Positions 59,787 through 64,000 of a DNA stretch of 64,000 nt are shown piece by piece. A model generated the notes under the pieces. The model saw nothing but the letters and a program-made list of their open reading frames with translations, was not told the origin of the DNA and made no database searches. Origin of the DNA: Scyliorhinus canicula (lineage: Eukaryota); assembly GCF_902713615.1 (NCBI RefSeq), contig NC_052160.1, positions 137,186,737 to 137,250,736 of the forward strand, read 5' to 3'. Made by a program: the position numbers and the translations under genes. Within the stretch, counting starts at the first letter, position 1; each line of letters begins with the position of its first letter.

Positions 59787-60110
59787 CATTGCTGCTGATT
59801 TTCGCCACATAACTGCAGTTCTGCTCTGAAAGGCTGATGACCGACACATTCACCATTTGACTGGATTGTTCCCCCTGATTATTTGAGGCTGTGCAGTAAT
59901 ATTGATGCTGTTGCTGTTTGAAGGATTGACAACGGAGATCCAGTTTATTTGTGTCGGAGATGCTTGAATCTCCAGACGGGGTCTTTTCAGTCCATGTGTA
60001 CTGAATGGGGAGGGAGCCCCGGAGAGACTCACAGGAGACGGACACTGAGCCCCCAGAACATGAGACTTTTGGCGGGGATAGAAATCTCAACACAGGAACA
60101 GAGACGGATT
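59787..60110 (-). CDS. Gene B Ig C2-type exon (paralogue of gene A exon 3)
   Basis: Acceptor tttctttcccacag|, donor G|GTAAGT, phase 1/1, 324 nt; SVSVSCESLRGSLPIQYTW...QYYCTASNNQG. Confidence 0.9.
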
Positions 60111-60409
60111 CTGTGGGAAAGAAATAAACATTTAGATACTGTCGGACCGTCTAAATATAAAATACCCTGTGAATTTCACCAGTCCTGTATCTCAACCAGG
60201 GCCTGTGTTTTGGAATCTGACCAGCACATCCACCTCTCTGTATCTCTCCATCCTCCTGTAGTCTGAACTATGGCCATTGTATCAAAGCTTCAGGGGGGGA
60301 TTCTCTGGCCCCCCCCCCAAGCCGTGTGTTTCCCTGCACCGCGCGGTCCGCTCAGCGACGGTATTCCATACTCCTGCCGCTTGTCAATGACATGTCCCAT
60401 CCTGAAAGG

Positions 60410-61420
60410 GGGCCCCAATCGGCACTGCTACCTACTGTATCCCAGCCCTCATCACGGGTCCAACACTCAAGAAGCTTGGCACCATCAAGGATAAAGCAAC
60501 CCGCTTGATCAGCACCTCAAACACCAAATTAAAATTTCACTCCCTCCCCCTCTACAACCTACAATCTCTGCATTGTGTACCGTCTGTAAGATTGTGTACC
60601 ATGTACAGGATTGTGTACCATTTATAGGATTGTGTGCTATCTATAGGATTGTGTACCATCTATAGGATTGTGTACAATCTCTGCATTGTGTACCATCTAT
60701 AGGATTGTGTACTATCAATAGGATTGTCTATCATCTATAGGATGCACTGTGACAATTCAGTTAAACTTCTTCAATTGCATCGTCCAAACTCGGGACCTGT
60801 GCAATTTAGGAGTTCAAGGGCAGCAGATGCATGTGAACACTGCACCCTACAAATCATACATCACCCCGACTTCACTACAACTGGGTTAGAATCCTGAGAC
60901 TTCCTCCCTAACAGCACAGTGGAAGCAGCATCACCATGTGCACTGCACTGGTTCATGAAGACAGCTCCCCGCCATCTTTTCAAGCATAACAAAAGTACCC
61001 GATTCATTTTTTCCAATTAAGGGGCAATTTAGCATGGCCAATCCACCTAACCTGCACATCTCTTTTGTGTTGTGGCGGCGAAACGCCCGCCAATCAGGGA
61101 GAATGTGCAAACTCCACACGGACAGTGACCCAGAGCTGGGGTCGAACCTGGGACCCCAGACCCATGAGGCAGCAGTGCTAACCACTGCACCACCTTGCTG
61201 CCCTCCCACCATCTTTTTAAGGGCAATTACAGATAAGTATTCGAGACCCAACTATCTTCAGCTGCTTCATCAATGACTATCCTTCCAAAATAAGGTCAGA
61301 AGTGAGGATGTTCCCTGATGATTTCACAATTTTCAGCACCATTCGCGACTGCACAGATGCTGAAGCAGTCCCTGTTCAAATGCAGCAAGACCTGAACAAT
61401 ACCAGGCAGAGACAGAAAGG
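60410..61420 (+). mobile_element. L2-clade LINE 3' region with internal minisatellite and nested family D SINE (60991-61203, minus strand)
   Basis: caagaagcttggcaccatcaaggataaagca...gggcagcagatgcatg; the SINE is flanked by a diverged duplication of the L2 tail. Confidence 0.7.
60571..60745. repeat. 19-bp minisatellite (GATTGTGTACCATCTATAG), about 9 copies
   Basis: Direct tandem copies are visible; the unit matches the surrounding L2 sequence gtgtaccatctacaagatgcac. Confidence 0.85.
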
Positions 61421-61539
61421 TGGATGAGCAGCTCATGTGATATTTGGTCCAACACCTGATAGTTAAAGGAATTGTTTATCTGAAAATATCTGAAATCCTT
61501 GGTCAGAATGTTGGACAGGCCAGGAATTGGGTTTGTGTA

Positions 61540-62430
61540 ACACAGGTCGAATCCCCGGCCTCTGCCCCCTACCTGCCAGACTCTGCACTGCAGTGGAGAC
61601 TCGGGATATCGGACCTGTCGGGTGTGATCTCCGGCTGCGTTGCACTCTCTGCGTGGATCCCTGGAGATGCTGGGAGAGGCCTTCCGTCGGCTTCCTGGCA
61701 GCCTTTACGCCTTGCAGGATTATACCCCAGCCCCACGAGGCGTCAGAATCCCGCCAAAAGGGGTGTGACCAAATGGCGCACACCTACGTAGGTTCTAAAC
61801 CTTCGGGATCTACCAGCCTCCCCAGTGAGATTGCAGCCAGGCCCCGTTCAGTACTGGTCTATACAAACATAGACCAGGTGGAACGGCACCCGGGGGTCTC
61901 CCGGGGCCCCTGAGTGGGAGGCAAGTGCAGGCTGCCCCCCCCCCCTAGCCTTCCCCCTGGAACATGGACACTTTGCACTATCCAGCTGGCACCTTGTCAC
62001 TGTCACCCTGGCAGCAGCATGTCCAGGATTCCAGTGTGTCAGTGCAAGGGTGCCCGGGTGCTAGAGTGGCACTGCCAAGGGACGGTGCCTGAGGGGGGGG
62101 GGGGGGCCATGCCCATGAAAGGTGGGTGGAGGGGCTCTTTGAAGGTGCAGGACAGTCCATAAGGACCTTTAGGAGGTTTGTGGGGGTGACAGGTAGGGAT
62201 CCTGGAGGGAAGGGGCCCGTAAGGGGGTGGGGGGGAACTGAAGAGAAGGGGCCCCCAGGGCTCCCAAAGTGGGGTGTCTTCACTCAGGGAGGGGGGAGGG
62301 GGTAATGTTTACATGTGTGGGGTGTGACATTGTCCATGGGTGGGATCGGATCCAACAACCACACTTAGAACATCCTTTCAAAATGGCGGCACGATCTCTG
62401 AGGTCAGCTCCCCAGTGCTGAAAACAATTT
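61540..62430. mobile_element. Harbinger-type MITE remnant
   Basis: Homologous to the long MITE subfamily (ggcaccttgtcactgtcaccctggcag; cccagtgctgaaaacaatt). Confidence 0.55.
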
Positions 62431-62433
62431 CAG

Positions 62434-64000
62434 GGGCGAGATTTCACCAGCTCTGTGACAGCGAGCGGGAAAAGCCGCGCGTTTCCCGAGGCTCGGTCCG
62501 GTGAGGCCGTCACCGGTATAAAACGTCCATTGGTCCACTTATCGAGGCCCCGTGGGATTAACGCCATAAATCATCATTCGCTGGCTAATTTCCCTGGGAC
62601 CACACTGGCTAGCCCCCCCACTCAAACCGCTCCTGCACAGCCGACCCCACTCAGCTCACAGCCGGTGCTTCACGGAGACCAGCCACACGCTTTGGAGAAG
62701 CCGACCTGGGCAGATTTCTGGGTGCGGTGGAGGCCAGGAGGGATGTCCTGTTCCCCCGAGGGTCGAGGAGAGCCAGCCACAGGGCAGCCAGTACCGCCTG
62801 GGATGAGGTGGTAGTGGCCGTAAGCTCAGGGAGCGTGTTGAGAACTGGCATCCAGAGCCGCAAGAAGGTCAACGACCACCACCGGGCCGCACGGGTGGGT
62901 AGGCAGCCTCCCCGCTGGAATGTACCTGGCAGTGCCCCCGCCCAGATCCGTTCCATGCCCCGGCCCACCCAGGGCCAGCTGTGCTGCCTACGCCACCCCC
63001 TACTCCCACTACCCCCTAACAACTGTCCCCCCATACGCCCCAGTCCTCATGCCTTCATACTCCACATGCACCCTTACTCTCCATCCCCCCCATATGGCCC
63101 ATCCCTCCTCCAACAAGCCCCCCCATTGAGCACCTCCCGCAATCAAAGATGCGTGTTGCTCACAAAACCCTCTCTGTCCCCGCAGGAGAAGCTGGCCCAC
63201 AACAGGTGGGAGAGGCCCAGACGGGCGACAGGGGGCCGGACACCACAGTATTCTTGGCACAGCTGTCATCCCCATCCTCCACCAGCACAGAGACACACAC
63301 CCTGGAGGGAGAATGTAGTCGACAGGCTTCTGGGGCACATTCTGGTGAGCACCACAATCCTGCTGAAGCACATCAGGTGGGGTCAGGAAACCCCAGGCGA
63401 AACAGCAGCCCGAAGTCTGTTGGATCCCAGGACAGGCAGAGCGCCTGGGCAGCATGATCCCGTCTCAGGTGGGCATAGCCGAGATGCTCCAGAGCGTCGC
63501 CCAGTCACTGAGGAGCATCACTCTGGGCGCCAACACTGTGCTGCAGGCATTGGGGAGCCACCAGAGCTGGCAGAGCCAGATGGTGCAGTGGCAGCCGGGG
63601 CTTATCCAGCTTCCCCTCCATCCCGGGGTGAACCCCAGGGCCCTACGGACACCGACTGGGAGGAGAGGGAGCTAGGTGCCAATCCAGAGCCACCCGATGG
63701 AGTGGCGACAGCGGCCACTAGCCTCCGTTCTCCCCCCCCCCCCCACCCCCCCCCCCAAGACCTACTCTCTAGGCAACGGCACATCCAGGGGTCAGCACCC
63801 AGGACAGGGCTTGTGTCACAGGCTAGTGCCCTGAGGCCCTCTGGCCACAGGGCCCCCAGAGGATGAGCGTCAGGGGCATCGAAGGCCACAGGGCGTGGGA
63901 AGCAGGAGGCTGCCTCCACCTCTGATGTGCATCCTGGTGACACACTTAGATATAATGGTAGGGCACAGAAGGCAAAGCCGATCACGGATTGCTGAGAGGG
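62434..64000 (+). mobile_element. Harbinger element with a degenerate Myb/SANT gene, running off the right edge
   Basis: TIR GGGCGAGATTTCACC after CAG; RFGEADLGRFLGAVEARRDVLFPRGSRR...WDEVVVAVSS...RKKVNDHHRAAR|gt, then cag|EKLAHNR; start codon lost, frameshifts; same family as 3050-6111. Confidence 0.8.

Noticed and set aside
62727-63866. 379-aa ORF as a host gene
   Set aside because: It starts in the Harbinger Myb/SANT exon, then runs through intron and out-of-frame GC-rich transposon sequence; the true start codon is lost.
60111-64000. V-domain and leader exons of gene B
   Set aside because: No Ig V signature was found on the minus strand here; the region is L2, SINE and Harbinger sequence, so these exons presumably lie beyond the window.

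Overview
Eukaryotic (cartilaginous fish, inferred from HE1-type V-SINEs, Deu-domain SINEs and CR1/L2 content) genomic DNA that is mostly transposable-element debris: CR1, L2, L1/Tx1, several tRNA-SINE families, Gypsy remnants and solo LTRs, PIF/Harbinger elements and MITEs, a hAT MITE and two Penelope-type fold-back remnants. Hidden in it are two convergent (tail-to-tail) multi-exon Ig-superfamily receptor genes that I reconstructed by hand from splice sites and exon phases. Gene A (+, 11732-33214, five coding exons, 299 aa) has a signal peptide, a CD300/pIgR/TREM-type V domain, an FCRL/PECAM-like C2 domain, a stalk, and a transmembrane helix with an arginine and almost no tail (activating type). 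Gene B (-, 60110 to 47873, 5' end outside the window) has a paralogous C2 domain (about 50% identical by manual alignment), a Ser/Thr/Pro stalk, an uncharged TM and a tail of about 120 aa with three ITIM/ITIM-like tyrosine motifs (inhibitory type). Together they look like a paired activating/inhibitory immune-receptor locus of the MDIR/CD300-like class. Other notable items: three same-family solo LTRs (two bracket the stalk-TM-ITIM exons of gene B), hammerhead-ribozyme motifs in the Penelope remnants inside a gene B intron, and Myb/SANT-only Harbinger derivatives. Exon and TSD-bounded coordinates were counted by hand; other repeat boundaries are approximate. No database searches were run.
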